A stretch of DNA of 64,000 bases from Eledone cirrhosa (Eukaryota): the NCBI GenBank assembly GCA_964016885.1, contig OZ024740.1, positions 338,768,001 through 338,832,000 on the forward strand, written 5' to 3'. This document shows, piece after piece, positions 1 through 14,224 of this stretch (positions are counted from its first letter, which is position 1; every line of letters starts with the position of its first letter). The position numbers and the translations under genes were made by a program. The notes beneath the pieces are model-generated. The model was not told the origin of the DNA, searched no databases, and saw nothing but the letters and a program-made list of their open reading frames with translations.

Positions 1-2761
1 TGGAAATACACATATCGAATTAGAGTGCTCAATAGACATGTTAAAATAAAACAAAAGCTATTCATCACTCAATAGAATCGACAAAAAATGAGCAATAAAA
101 TTAACTGGTGGATAGCTATGTCCAGAGCTAAATATATTAGAAAGATCGAGTATCGAAAAATCGGCGCACGAGTTCACGAAAAACGAAATTCGATATGAGC
201 GGCAGAGGGCTCAATAATTCAGATGAATCAGAGCTATAACTATCGTTAAAATACCATCACATATAGAACAAGTCTACAATCAACCATACGATTTAAAATC
301 GATAAAGGAAGATTCGGGCCAAACAGATAAAAAATATCAATAAAACAATACGTCAATAATTTAAATGAATGTAAAATCATACCCGGACCCACTAGAAAGG
401 TGTTAAATCTAGCTTCATGGGTTTCTGTAAATCCTTAGACAGTACTCTATCAGCTCACATATAAATATAAAAGCCTACTAGAATAAGTGGAACGGAGTTT
501 ACGTTGTCAACGAGTTTTATCCTGGCGGCAAAGGAGTCAACTAGCGGTGAAAAACGCACATGGCGTTAGACAAGGGAGATGACCCCTATATCCGCGAAAA
601 CAATTCGAGTGAATGTGGAAATACACATATCGAATTAGAGTGCTCAATAGACATGTTAAAATAAAACAAAAGCTATTCATCACTCAATAGAATCGACAAA
701 AAATGAGCAATAAAATTAACTGGTGGATAGCTATGTCCAGAGCTAAATATATTAGAAAGATCGAGTATCGAAAAATCGGCGCACGAGTTCACGAAAAACG
801 AAATTCGATATGAGCGGCAGAGGGCTCAATAATTCAGATGAATCAGAGCTATAACTATCGTTAAAATACCATCACATATAGAACAAGTCTACAATCAACC
901 ATACGATTTAAAATCGATAAAGGAAGATTCGGGCCAAACAGATAAAAAATATCAATAAAACAATACGTCAATAATTTAAATGAATGTAAAATCATACCCG
1001 GACCCACTAGAAAGGTGTTAAATCTAGCTTCATGGGTTTCTGTAAATCCTTAGACAGTACTCTATCAGCTCACATATAAATATAAAAGCCTACTAGAATA
1101 AGTGGAACGGAGTTTACGTTGTCAACGAGTTTTATCCTGGCGGCAAAGGAGTCAACTAGCGGTGAAAAACGCACATGGCGTTAGACAAGGGAGATGACCC
1201 CTATATCCGCGAAAACAATTCGAGTGAATGTGGAAATACACATATCGAATTAGAGTGCTCAATAGACATGTTAAAATAAAACAAAAGCTATTCATCACTC
1301 AATAGAATCGACAAAAAATGAGCAATAAAATTAACTGGTGGATAGCTATGTCCAGAGCTAAATATATTAGAAAGATCGAGTATCGAAAAATCGGCGCACG
1401 AGTTCACGAAAAACGAAATTCGATATGAGCGGCAGAGGGCTCAATAATTCAGATGAATCAGAGCTATAACTATCGTTAAAATACCATCACATATAGAACA
1501 AGTCTACAATCAACCATACGATTTAAAATCGATAAAGGAAGATTCGGGCCAAACAGATAAAAAATATCAATAAAACAATACGTCAATAATTTAAATGAAT
1601 GTAAAATCATACCCGGACCCACTAGAAAGGTGTTAAATCTAGCTTCATGGGTTTCTGTAAATCCTTAGACAGTACTCTATCAGCTCACATATAAATATAA
1701 AAGCCTACTAGAATAAGTGGAACGGAGTTTACGTTGTCAACGAGTTTTATCCTGGCGGCAAAGGAGTCAACTAGCGGTGAAAAACGCACATGGCGTTAGA
1801 CAAGGGAGATGACCCCTATATCCGCGAAAACAATTCGAGTGAATGTGGAAATACACATATCGAATTAGAGTGCTCAATAGACATGTTAAAATAAAACAAA
1901 AGCTATTCATCACTCAATAGAATCGACAAAAAATGAGCAATAAAATTAACTGGTGGATAGCTATGTCCAGAGCTAAATATATTAGAAAGATCGAGTATCG
2001 AAAAATCGGCGCACGAGTTCACGAAAAACGAAATTCGATATGAGCGGCAGAGGGCTCAATAATTCAGATGAATCAGAGCTATAACTATCGTTAAAATACC
2101 ATCACATATAGAACAAGTCTACAATCAACCATACGATTTAAAATCGATAAAGGAAGATTCGGGCCAAACAGATAAAAAATATCAATAAAACAATACGTCA
2201 ATAATTTAAATGAATGTAAAATCATACCCGGACCCACTAGAAAGGTGTTAAATCTAGCTTCATGGGTTTCTGTAAATCCTTAGACAGTACTCTATCAGCT
2301 CACATATAAATATAAAAGCCTACTAGAATAAGTGGAACGGAGTTTACGTTGTCAACGAGTTTTATCCTGGCGGCAAAGGAGTCAACTAGCGGTGAAAAAC
2401 GCACATGGCGTTAGACAAGGGAGATGACCCCTATATCCGCGAAAACAATTCGAGTGAATGTGGAAATACACATATCGAATTAGAGTGCTCAATAGACATG
2501 TTAAAATAAAACAAAAGCTATTCATCACTCAATAGAATCGACAAAAAATGAGCAATAAAATTAACTGGTGGATAGCTATGTCCAGAGCTAAATATATTAG
2601 AAAGATCGAGTATCGAAAAATCGGCGCACGAGTTCACGAAAAACGAAATTCGATATGAGCGGCAGAGGGCTCAATAATTCAGATGAATCAGAGCTATAAC
2701 TATCGTTAAAATACCATCACATATAGAACAAGTCTACAATCAACCATACGATTTAAAATCG
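1..2761. repeat. 615-bp tandem repeat, about 4.5 copies, running off the window start
   Basis: TGGAAATACACATATCGAAT recurs at 1, 616, 1231, 1846 and 2461. Copies look identical by eye. The array breaks at about 2761. Confidence 0.97.
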
Positions 2762-2962
2762 GAAGACCAGTAAAACCATTATTCAACTTACTGCTTTATA
2801 AAAATAGAATGTAGATATTATTAGAAAAGGTCGTAGCCCTACGGTTAAGCTTATATCGTTTCGCAAGAGTATTTAAGCATCTTTACGGAGAATGTTGCAT
2901 TCAATGAATTATTAAATTAAATATTTTTTACTATAAACCCATTCTTACGGTAACTACGGCAG

Positions 2963-3013
<51 letters not shown>

Positions 3014-3014
3014 G

Positions 3015-3071
<57 letters not shown>

Positions 3072-3090
3072 GTATATATATGATATACTG

Positions 3091-3151
<61 letters not shown>

Positions 3152-3558
3152 CCAAAATTAAGATAAATTAAATGAATTTAATCTAAATCGAAATTGTGGG
3201 TGTCATGTTATAATGGCATGCGCCACATCACCTGGAAATAAGCTCAAAGATAAATCCGAGCATTTTATAATAACTAGAAATTGATTAACATATAAATATA
3301 CATGAATAATCACAGGAGATAATTTTTACACGCGTGTAACCACGCATAGCTAGTTTGGGTAATAATTAAATTTATACCTTTAAGTATGATTAACCTTCCT
3401 TGTATATATCCCATTAAAGAAATATATTTCACCAATTAATCAGATGGTAAGTCACGGAAAGTGGATATTATTGGATTGTCAACAAGGAAGAATAATAATG
3501 TCCAGCTATCCATCCTTACACAACGAGTTTAAATCCTCATCTGGCCGCTACCACGTGT

Positions 3559-3610
<52 letters not shown>

Positions 3611-3752
3611 CCCAAGGGCGGTGCCCCAGCATGGCCTCAGCCGGATGGCTGAAACAGGTAAAAGAGTAAAAGAGTAATATATAATCAGTTACAATAGTGA
3701 CATATGTAGGTACTTAAGTTTCATTGAGTTGCCACCACAACTCATTCACCCT

Positions 3753-3878
3753 GCCATATTGTGATGGAATACCCATCACAATATGGCAGACAGAATGTTG
3801 TAACCTATTCTACATAACTCGTCCTACAGACTGAGTGCTCTAAACCCTTGGATATTTATAGCACGTTTCTACAACAAT
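3753..3878 (+). mobile_element. Short non-autonomous element (family C) ending in a (TATG)n tail, 5'-truncated
   Basis: Near-identical to the reverse complement of 17311-17437 and followed by (TATG)n. Confidence 0.7.
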
Positions 3879-3911
3879 GTATGTATGTATGTATGTATGT
3901 ATGTATGTATG

Positions 3912-3942
<31 letters not shown>

Positions 3943-4355
3943 GGGAGAGATGACCCCTTAGCCTTTGTCAAGGCAGAATTCTAGGAGAAGGAAAACTCTG
4001 ATATAACGCCTGCAACCCTGATGGTATCCAATAATGTTGACTTGTTCTTCTTTTTGGTAAATATCATCTTGGTTAAGAGAGTGGGACTGGCTTTGTGCAG
4101 TGCCTTTGCTCACTATAAAAGCTTCACGGCACAGGCATTGCTTTATATCTGGAGATCTCTCTGCACTTGTCGTCACATGGTGCCATGTGCCCAGCATTAT
4201 GTGTCAATAATTGTCACAAGTGTAGTGTTTGTATCAGAGTTAACAAGTCACTGGCTGGACTTAAAAAAGTCACACTTGTTCAGCGCAGCGGTAGGGGTTC
4301 TCCTACATGGATATAAAGTAGTGGCCGTACTCGAAAACGAGTTGGCAGCCACCAT
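3943..4355 (+). mobile_element. Internally deleted RTE derivative (family A), 5'-truncated
   Basis: Carries the RTE 5'UTR-like motif CTAGGAGAAGGAAAACTCTGAT, a relic terminal C2H2 finger, a 3' stem-loop CTCG-AAAA-CGAG and a (TATG)n tail. Other copies at 9295, 15793, 16579 and 37330. Confidence 0.8.
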
Positions 4356-4427
4356 GTATGTATGTATGTATGTATGTATGTATGTATGTATGTATGTATG
4401 TATGTATGCATGCATGTATGTATGTAT

Positions 4428-4778
4428 GCGGGGACATAGAAATAGTCGGGCCGGACACCCGATCGCGCGGTTAAACCACTGGGAGTGAAGGACCCCTAGC
4501 CTTTGTCAGGGCATTCTTCTAGGAGAAGGCCACTCAGGAAACTGGGATAACTCCGATATAAAACCTGCGGCTCAGTAGTTACCGATGATGTTGATCTTTT
4601 CTTCTTTTCGGGTTATAGCTACTGTCGCTCTGAGAGTGGGATTGGCTCAGTGCACAGTCTTTCCTCTCTTTAAAAATTATCTTTACGTACAGTCATTGCA
4701 CGGTAGAATTAATTAATAATTATTAATAATGGTACAGCGTGCAATGGCCATACTCGATAACGAGGGGGCAGCCATCAT
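4428..4778 (+). mobile_element. RTE-derived non-autonomous element (family B)
   Basis: Starts GCGGGGACAT, shares the CTAGGAGAAGG block with family A, and ends CTCG-ATAA-CGAG...GCAGCCATCAT(GTAT)n. A second copy lies at 15382-15732 on the minus strand. Confidence 0.78.
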
Positions 4779-6890
4779 GTATGTATGTATGTATGTATGT
4801 ATGTATGTATGTATGTATGTATGTATGTATATTTTCAGGGTACTTTTCCAAAAGCAATGCGATACTATAATGATTTCAAAAAGCCCAAACAATGCATACA
4901 AAGAATTTTAATGTTTTAATTTTTATACACATTGTTTGGGGCTTTTTTATCATTTGAAATCCACAGAATTAACAAAGAAGAACAAGACAACGAATGGAAA
5001 CAAATCACAACGAAAAATGTTTTTAAGGGGAAACCTTAAAAAATTATTTTTTTAAAAATAAATATACAAACGAAGGACACAAAATAGATTTGGGCAGTTC
5101 CGAGCCCTACCAACGGTACTGCTGGTCCATCCAGGGTCACAGCGTCTGTCATAAGCCAAACGCTCCCCAAAGAAGTGAGAGACGAAAGACAAACAATAAT
5201 TTATAGCCGTTAAGCTACACAACATATACGTTTGTTTGTGAAGCTAGGGAAAATATACAATTTTACAAAAATTAAAAACAACCGGAATTGCCTCTTCTCT
5301 GATATATATTTAAAGCAATTAAACAAAAAAAGCTAACATTTATTAAGAAGCTAGTATCAAGAGACAAATTACCATTAGATATTTATGCAGTATGTATGGG
5401 TGGTTGGATGGATGAATGAATGGATGGATCCGTAATTCCTGATGGATAGAGACATACGCAAGCGGTTTTAAAAGTCTGGTGGAGTCCATTGTCAGTCAAC
5501 ATCCGAACACAGTCGATTTCTTCCATATGAGAGAGTGAAAAATAATAATAGAGGAATAATCGCCATCAGTACTGATCTAGTACTTTTTTGTCGAGCTCAA
5601 AAGGATGTAAAGCAAATGTGACGTCGGTGGCTCCTGAGAACCCAAACGAATACCATTAAGCATTCTATCCAACATTCTAACGACTTGGTAAATTCGCCAC
5701 CTATGAGATATTTATATTAATAATTAAATATCGTTAATGAAGCTTATAGTTGAAATGAATTCAGAATCAAGCTAGATAACAGGTGGAAGCACAGCTATAA
5801 TCTCTAAATAGGTGTTTAGATTAATGATGAAAGGTTGATAACTCTCTAATTCTATTAAAAGAAATTTAATTAGACAGATTGTAAATAAAATCTTATTCGA
5901 AATATGAAAAGAGTTACAACTTTTATATGCATTGATTGAGTCATGTCAGTATTTTCACCCACCTTAGTCTACATTTAAAACTATCTAGTGACACTTAATT
6001 CTTATAGATATATTCTCAAGCTCATGGAAAAATATTTGTCAAAGAGATCAAGGTGACCCATAAAAGAAAGGGTCATGGCACCCTTTACAAATGTACAACT
6101 TTCAAAATGACTGTTTAACTACACCCCTGTTTCCCCCCTGAAAAAAATATTTTCCCGTTTTTTTTCTTTTCTTAATCTCATCCATCTTCCTATTTCTTCT
6201 ACTTTCCATTCTATCTCCTAAGAAGGATTAATGACAAGAACTTTTCCTATTATATCAAGTGTTAAACTAGTCTGTATCATCATTGTATTGTTCTCCTCTT
6301 TCTTTCTCTGCTGACTTTTCCTATATAAATATATAGTTATAAAGGGGTGATATGCATGAAAGCAACCAATTGATACAGACAATTGAAGACCATTATTGAA
6401 GCGGATTCGTACAACCTCATGTCAAGAGGTTGTAGAAGAACGAAAGTTCACTATTCAACAGCTGTTTATGTATCTCCTCATGCTGGAGACTGAAAAAAAA
6501 AAAAAAGACTCGGCAAATGTGTCGTCGCACTAAAAATCGGTGTAAATCAAGCTACTCTGTCTTTCTTTGGCGCAGCAAAAACACCTTTTCAATTCTGTTT
6601 GCTGGGGTCGTGTGGGGGCATACATTTGGGGTTCTCTACGGTGGAATGAGAGAGAGGAATAACGGGGCAGATAGCGTTAAAACTTTTCATGGGCTGGTTC
6701 ACACTGTTACTGTTAGCCTCTGCATACGCGCATACATACATACATACATACATACATACATACATACATACATACATACATACATACATACATACATACA
6801 TACATACATACATACATACATACATGATGGCTGCCCCCTCGTTATCGAGTATGGCCATTGCACGAGAAGAAAAAAAAAAAAAAAAAAAAA

Positions 6891-6935
<45 letters not shown>

Positions 6936-6936
<1 letters not shown>

Positions 6937-7176
6937 CCATGAAGTCAAAGTGATCCCGATTGTCATAGGCGCACTGGGGACTATCTCCAAAAGTTTCCAG
7001 GGATGGTTAAAGAAAATCGGCCCCTTCACGCTTTTTGGAACGCTTCAAAAGGCATGCTTGCTTGGAACAGCAAGAACCCTCCGATACGTCCTGAATATCT
7101 GAGGCTGCAGGTAGTGGCTTGATATTCAATCCAACGGACTTTCCAGTTAACCAACATCAATGACTGAGATTCAAGG
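6936..7176 (+). mobile_element. 3' fragment of a Dong/R4-type RLE retrotransposon within (TAA)n
   Basis: 6941-7102 translates EVKVIPIVIGALGTISKSFQGWLKKIG...LQKACLLGTARTLRYVLNI*, an RLE C-terminus. TAA repeats flank both sides. Confidence 0.8.
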
Positions 7177-7479
7177 AATAACAATAACAATAATAATAAT
7201 AATAATAAATAAATTAAAAAAAAAAGAAATAAAAAAAAGAAATATATATATATATATATATACATACATACATATATACATACACACATACATACACATA
7301 CACACACATATACACACACACATACATTAATAACAATAATAATAATAATAATAATAATAATAGCAATAATAATAATAACGACAACAACAATAATAATATA
7401 CATATTCATATATATATACACACACGCACGAACATAAGCATATCTACACACACACACATACACACACACACGATAGCAA

Positions 7480-9120
7480 CTAACAGTGCTGCGATCGAAT
7501 GTGGCTTTTTAGCCCAGCCAATGATCTAAAATGTCTTGCACAGAGTCGGCAACCAAAACATTTACTGGGAATAGTCGGCTGTGGTTGGAGTTCGTGTACT
7601 TTTGCATGTCGCTTGAGCCCTCCTGCTGATTTACATTCTCTACCACATGTTTGGCAAGCATCATGAGTAGCATCTCCAACAGCAGCCTGGTAGTCAACCA
7701 CTGGTCTTACTTTATGACTGCGAAGATGACTTTCGAGTCCAGCTTTGCTTAGGCAGAGTCTCGCACAGACGCTGCATGTCAGCACCATAGGAGGACCCTC
7801 GCCGTCTGGAAGTGCAACAGCAATGCCCTTCCTCACATCCCGCTTTACTTTCTCGTGTGCGATTCGAGATGCCTCAAAGGCAACTTTTCCCACATATACA
7901 GTCTTTCTCCATTTATTACGATCAGCAGCAATATTTTTCCATGTATCAGCAGAGATGTTAGCGTCTTTCAGAGAGGCTTTCAGGGAATCCTTATACCTCT
8001 TTTTTGGTTTATGTGGCGGTCGTTTTCCTTTAACCAACTCTCCGTAAAAGAGTTGTTTTGGTATTCTAGAATCCTTCATCCTGGCAAGGTGACCACTCCA
8101 ACGGAGTCGTTGCTTAATCACAAGAGCTTCTATACTGTCACACATAGAGCTTTCCAAAAGTCCCTCCAGTGAACGCCGTGGATCCGTCTGAGACACATCT
8201 GATGGAAACGCTCCAATTGCTTAAGGTGGTGTCGATATGTGACCCAGGTCTCGCAGGCATAAAGAAGACAAGAGAGTACACATGCCCTGTACACCTTTAC
8301 CTTTGTCCTCCTGCATATGTCTCGCCGACCCCAGAGTCGCCTTTCTAGCTTTCCGAAAGCATCACTTGCTTTCCTAATCCTAAGTGAGATTTCACTGTCA
8401 AGGTTGCCGTATCGATTGACAGTGCTTCCCAGGTAGACAAACTGATCAACCACTCCAAGTCGTTTGCCATACACATAGATGTTTGGTTCAGTATACTGCT
8501 TACTAGGAGCAGGTTGGTACATGACGACGGTTTTCTTGAGACTGACAGTCAAACCCAGGGCAGTGCAAGCGTCAGAAAATGCATTCAAAATGTGCTGCAT
8601 ATCACTCTGTGTGCGCTACAAGATCGCAATCATCTGCATACAAGAGGTTTCTTATGATTGATGTAAATACTTTTGTCTTCGCAGCAAAGCGCCTGATGTT
8701 AAATATGCTGCCTGAGGTTCGATATCGGATGTAAACACCATGCTCGCAATTCCTGAATGCAATACAGAAAACCATTGCAAAGTATATGGCAAACAGGGTC
8801 GGTGCTGGAATATCCCCCTGTTTCACTCCATTTTTTACTGAGATAGGCTCCGACATGTTACCTCCGACATTAACCCAAGCCTTCATGTCGTCATGGAAAG
8901 ACCTAACTAAAGCAAGGAACTTATCAGGGCAACCAAGTTTCTGGAGAACCTTCCATAATGCATCTCTGTTGACAGTATCGAAAGCCTTTGTCAGATCTAC
9001 AAAAACCTGATACAGACCCAAGCCTTGTTCAATGCACTTCTCCTGGAGCTGTCTGGCTGAGAAGATCATATCAGTAGTGCCGCGTCCAGCACGAAAACCA
9101 GATTGACTTTCAGGAAGAAC
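7480..9120 (-). pseudogene. RTE-clade LINE reverse transcriptase, 5'-truncated and disrupted, with three C-terminal C2H2 fingers
   Basis: Motifs [55 protein letters not shown] and RLRWSGHLARM are spread over three ORF pieces separated by a stop and a frameshift. Confidence 0.95.
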
Positions 9121-9294
9121 ACAATACATACATACACACATACATACATACATACATACATACATACATACATACATACATACATACATACATACATACA
9201 TAATACACACATACATACATACACACATACATACATACATACATACACACATACATACATACATACATACATACATACATACATACATACATAC

Positions 9295-9587
9295 ATGGTG
9301 GCTGCCAACTCGTTTTCGAGTACGGCCACTACTTTATATCCATGTAGGAGAACCCCTACCGATGCGCTGAACGAGTGTGACTTTTTAGTCCAGCCAGTGA
9401 CTTGAAAACTCTGGTACAAACACTACACTTGTGACAATTATTGACACATAGTGCTGGGCCCATGGTACCATGTGACGACAAGTGCAGAGAGATCTCCAGA
9501 TATAAAGCAATGCCTGTGCCGTGAAGCTTTTATAGTGAGCAAAGGCACTGCACAAAGCCAGTCCCACTCTCTTAACCAAGATGATAT
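9295..9587 (-). mobile_element. RTE derivative family A, 5'-truncated
   Basis: Matches the 3' half of 15793-16402, with CATA arrays on both sides. Confidence 0.8.
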
Positions 9588-9695
9588 GCCATACATACAT
9601 ACATACATACATACATACATACGCGCATATATACATACATACATACATACATACATACATACATACATACATACATACATACATACATACATACA

Positions 9696-9727
<32 letters not shown>

Positions 9728-9730
9728 CAT

Positions 9731-12700
9731 AATCAGTCAACGCGATCAGTCGCATATTTTGGCATGGGAGACTATTTATTAAATTTAAAATGAATACTAT
9801 CTCCGACAGTAATGCCACAACTACAGCCAGGTTGAATAACTGGTTATTCTTCTAACTATCCCTTCTGAAGACACCTTTTATTCGAATTCGTAGATATATC
9901 CGACTAAATACATAATTCATTTTACAAGGATTTGCTACAAACAGCATGGCTGAACACAACATCAACAACAAAATTAAGGAAGTATCGAAGACAAATAGCA
10001 AAGAAGGTAATCAAACTTTATTCAGTTGTAGCTACAGAAGAAACCGAAATTATAAATCGCATTTCTCTTGGAGTTGCGAACTTAATGATTTATTTAATTG
10101 TTATAAAATGGCAAAAAAAAATCTCTCCATTGGCTATATGAATAGAATGAAGCTACACTGGGACGAAATGCACCCAGAGCTAAATTATTTCACAGCGAAA
10201 CAATTACGCCAACAAGCGACGTTTGTCCCCCACAACAAACATGGAATCAATAACACGTGCTGCAGATCGCCATGCTACTAGACTTCCTAGCAGCGAGGTC
10301 GAACAGCGCCTTGAAACAACTATGCCTGTAAAAAACTTGACACCACCTGTACCATCTAAGTCTACCTCGAATGCTGAGGAAAACACTATCAATAATAATA
10401 ATAATCGAAGAAATAATAATAATAATCGAATAAATGTGACACCACGTATACCGTCCGAGTCTACCTCGACTGTTGTGGAAAATACTATCGATAATGATAA
10501 TCAAAAGTATAAACAATTGAAAATTTCCCTCAACGAAATCTTCTAGAGAGAAATTAACTCATGTATAAACATCTCTCTTGCTGAACGTGTTAAAATGACA
10601 ATGGTGAATAAAAAACCAAATAATGAAATACTACGTGTTATTGACGAAATAGGGGATGAATATTTACGACGGATAAACACCCCAACATTTTGGCAAATCA
10701 GCGCCTGTTTATATGCCTTAGCAACGACAGTGAAGCATTATCTTGGTGATAGCAGAGATATTAACACGAACAAAACACCACCAAAAATACCATCATATAA
10801 ACTAAAATAGAAAAAAAGAGTGCTGACCTACGAAAAACAATAGGACATGTGACAATGCTCCTTACATGCAAACAAACGCAAAAAAACCTCACTCCTCACC
10901 AACAAAGAGCGAAAAATAAAATAGAGACGATGTTTGGTAACAGCAGAATCAGAACTCTCCAATATAAGCTGATCACCCTCAAACAAGAATTGAGAGCTGT
11001 TAGCGAAAAACGCCGATACCTGAAGAAGGTAGACGAGAGAAAAATGCTTAATAAAAGATTCAGACGAAACCAAACATCACTCTATAGAGATATGAAGGGC
11101 AAAATAATAAGTGTCACTGAGGCCCCATCCCAGAAAGACAGATTCCTTTTGGAGAAAAATATGGGGTGAAAAGAAGAATTTCAACCAAGATGCAGTGTGG
11201 CTAAGAGAAATCCGAAACAACTATTGCTCCTACACTACAACAAAAACATACGAAATAAGTGAGGGTACCCTTGAGACTGTGATAGGAAAACTCCAAGATA
11301 AGAAAACACCAGGAAGAGACATGATTGTCGGCTACTGGTACAAAAAAACTAATATTCTATCGGAGGTATCTTACTGACCTCTACCAACAAGTTCTTAAGG
11401 GAGATACACTTATACCAGAATGGTTGACATTAGCACAAACGTTACTGGTCCCCAAGAACAAAGACACCCACTTGGCAGAAAACTACCGACCCATTGCATG
11501 CCAGAATCTGATGTATAAGATGTATACAGCCTGCCTGAACCTATTCCTCCAAGATCACTGTGAAAATAATAACATCATCACAGATGAACAAGCAGCTGGA
11601 AAGAAAAGGGTTTGGGGATGTGCTTAACAACTCCTAATCAACAAAACTGCGATGTCGGAGGTGAGACAACTTAGGAGGAATATGACTACAGTCTGGCTGG
11701 ACTACAGGAAAGCTTTCGATTCTGTTCCCCACTCTTCGATGATAGAGGCCCTCCAAATTGCTAAAGTCCCAGACATTATTGTCAGAGCCATAGAGAGGCT
11801 GTCTTCTTCTTGGGCTACTATCCTAAGGTTAAAGACAGAGAGGGAGGACTCTATTTTCACTTATAAAATAAAATATTTCAGGGGTATATTTCAGGGGGAC
11901 AGTCTCTATGTGATATTGTTCATCTTGTCATTAAACCCCTTGTCCTTTCTGCTCAAGAAATGTGAGGGATACATCATTGGCTCACAGGAGGACAGAAATA
12001 CGAACCTAACCCATAACTTCTTTGTGGACGCTCTGAAACTCTATGCCAAGAACATGGATGGAATGAAGAAAAATCTTGACCTGGTTACAACGTTCTCAAA
12101 GGATATAGGAATGGAGTTTGGCCAAGATAAATGCACATACATGACTGTAAAGCGGGGAAAATCAACATCCCAATCTAGCAGCATTGTCATCAATGGTCTA
12201 ACTGTTTCACCGATATCTGATGAGAACTGCTACAGATACCTGGGGATAGATGAGAACATATCCTATAATGGTATCTGTAATAAAGAACGCGTAACCAGGG
12301 AATACTACACCCGATTAAGAAAGATCTGGTCATCGGAACTCTCTGCGCAAAACAAAACAGTGGCTCACAATGTGTTTGCTGTGCCTGTCCTTACACCAAC
12401 GTTTGGAATATTCAATTGGACGATAGATGAAATCCGAGCAGTTGATGTTGCAACTCGAAAAATACTGAGCAACACCGGAAACTTCCACATCAACAGTGAC
12501 ATAGACCACCTTTACTTGAAACGTAAGCAGGGAGGCAGAGGCCTAACATCAGTCCAGACAACATTTGAATGTCACATCATATCTCTCCGACAACATCTAC
12601 GAACCTCGAAGCGTAGGAGCCCGCTTCTCGAGCAAGTCTATCTGCATGAAACAGATAAGATCATGAGAGTTGGGAAGGAACTCTTTGAGAGATATTGCCT

Positions 12701-13812
12701 GTGTGATAATCAAAAACTCACACCCAGGGATATCGCTCAGCAGTATCGCAGTGAATCCATGGATGAAAAACTGCATGCCTAACAGCAAAAAATCATGCAT
12801 GGATATGTTGCCAGGAAGCTCCAGAGTGAGGGTAATATAGATAAGGAAAGTAGTCTATCTTGGACCAACAACCGCTATATTGGCTCCCACTTTGAAGGAT
12901 ACGCTTTTGCAATCCAAGAACAGGAGATTAGCACGAAATACCTGATTCACAAAAGAGATAGGGATGCAGGCAAAAGACCCAGATGTGATAACATGTGCAG
13001 ACTCTGCAGAACTAACATCGAGGATATCACCCATGTCATCAGCAGCTGTCCAAAGATGTCATCGCGGTACTATCTACCTATGAGGCATGATATAGTGGCC
13101 AAAACACTGTACAATGCAGTTCGTAAAAAAGATAGCCCCGATAATAAACACATTAAAAGCTACAACAATGTGGAAGACATCCATGTACATAATATGAAAG
13201 AGTACTGGTGGAAGGTTCCAAAAAACCCCAATAAAATGCAGGCATAACAGACCAGATATGATATGGGACAGGGAGAAGAAAACATGCACAGTAGTGGAAA
13301 TTAGCTGCCCAGCAGAAGCCAATATAATATCAAAGATTCGTGAAAAGGAGAATATCTATGCAGAACTGATGAGAAATCTGCAGATACTCCACCCTGATTA
13401 CACCTTCAGATTTATGCCTGTGATTGTTGGGGCACTGGGATATGTTAGTAACTGCCTCAATACAAATCTTGAGAAGCTAGGCTTCACAGGAACAGAAAGA
13501 ACACAACTAGTTAGGAAACTACAAGTACAATCCATTAATGGAAGAGTAAAAATATGTAAAACATTGCCAAGACTTTGCATCTAATAACTGCATATACACA
13601 TGTACAGATACAGAGCATATACACATGCACACATACAACTCAAAACGTCTACATCCACACATACAATAACATCCATATCTACACATGGATGCATACATAC
13701 ATATCTACCTAGTTGATGTTGTGTAAATTCCAATGAGCGAGTCTTGTGTCTATGTTAGAAACCGACTCTCTCTCTATTGGTAAAACTTTGTGAAATTATA
13801 AAACCAGAAGAA
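9731..13812 (+). mobile_element. Near full-length R4/Dong-type (RLE) non-LTR retrotransposon, disrupted
   Basis: ORF pieces span 9946-13584. RT motifs: YRPIACQN, WLDYRKAFDSVPH, GIFQGDSL, FFVDAL (degenerate DD), YRYLG, GGRGL. Also a CCHC finger CRLC...HVISSC, RHD, and a PD...VVEISCP endonuclease. (CATA)n lies on both flanks. Confidence 0.93.
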
Positions 13813-13906
13813 CATACATAAATACATACATACATACATACATACATACATACATACATACATACATACATACATACATACATACATACATACATACATA
13901 CATACA

Positions 13907-14224
13907 TAACACAACTAGTTAGGAAATTACAAGTACAATCCATTAATGGAACAGTAAAAATATGTAAAATATTCTAAAATTTCTGCTTCTAATAACTGCA
14001 TATACACATATACAGATACAAATCATATGCACATGCACACATACAACTCAAAACATACACATGCAATAACATCCATACCTGCACACATGCATGTATGCAG
14101 ACATGCATACATATCTACCTAGTTGATGTTGTGTAAATTCCAAAGAGAGAGTCTTGTGTCTATGTTAGAAACCGACTCTCTCTCTCTATTGGTAAACATT
14201 TGTGAAATTATAAAACCAGAAGAA
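13907..14224 (+). mobile_element. 5'-truncated copy of the same R4-type element
   Basis: Repeats 13501-13812 with substitutions. Starts in CATA and ends AAACCAGAAGAA-CATACA. Confidence 0.88.
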
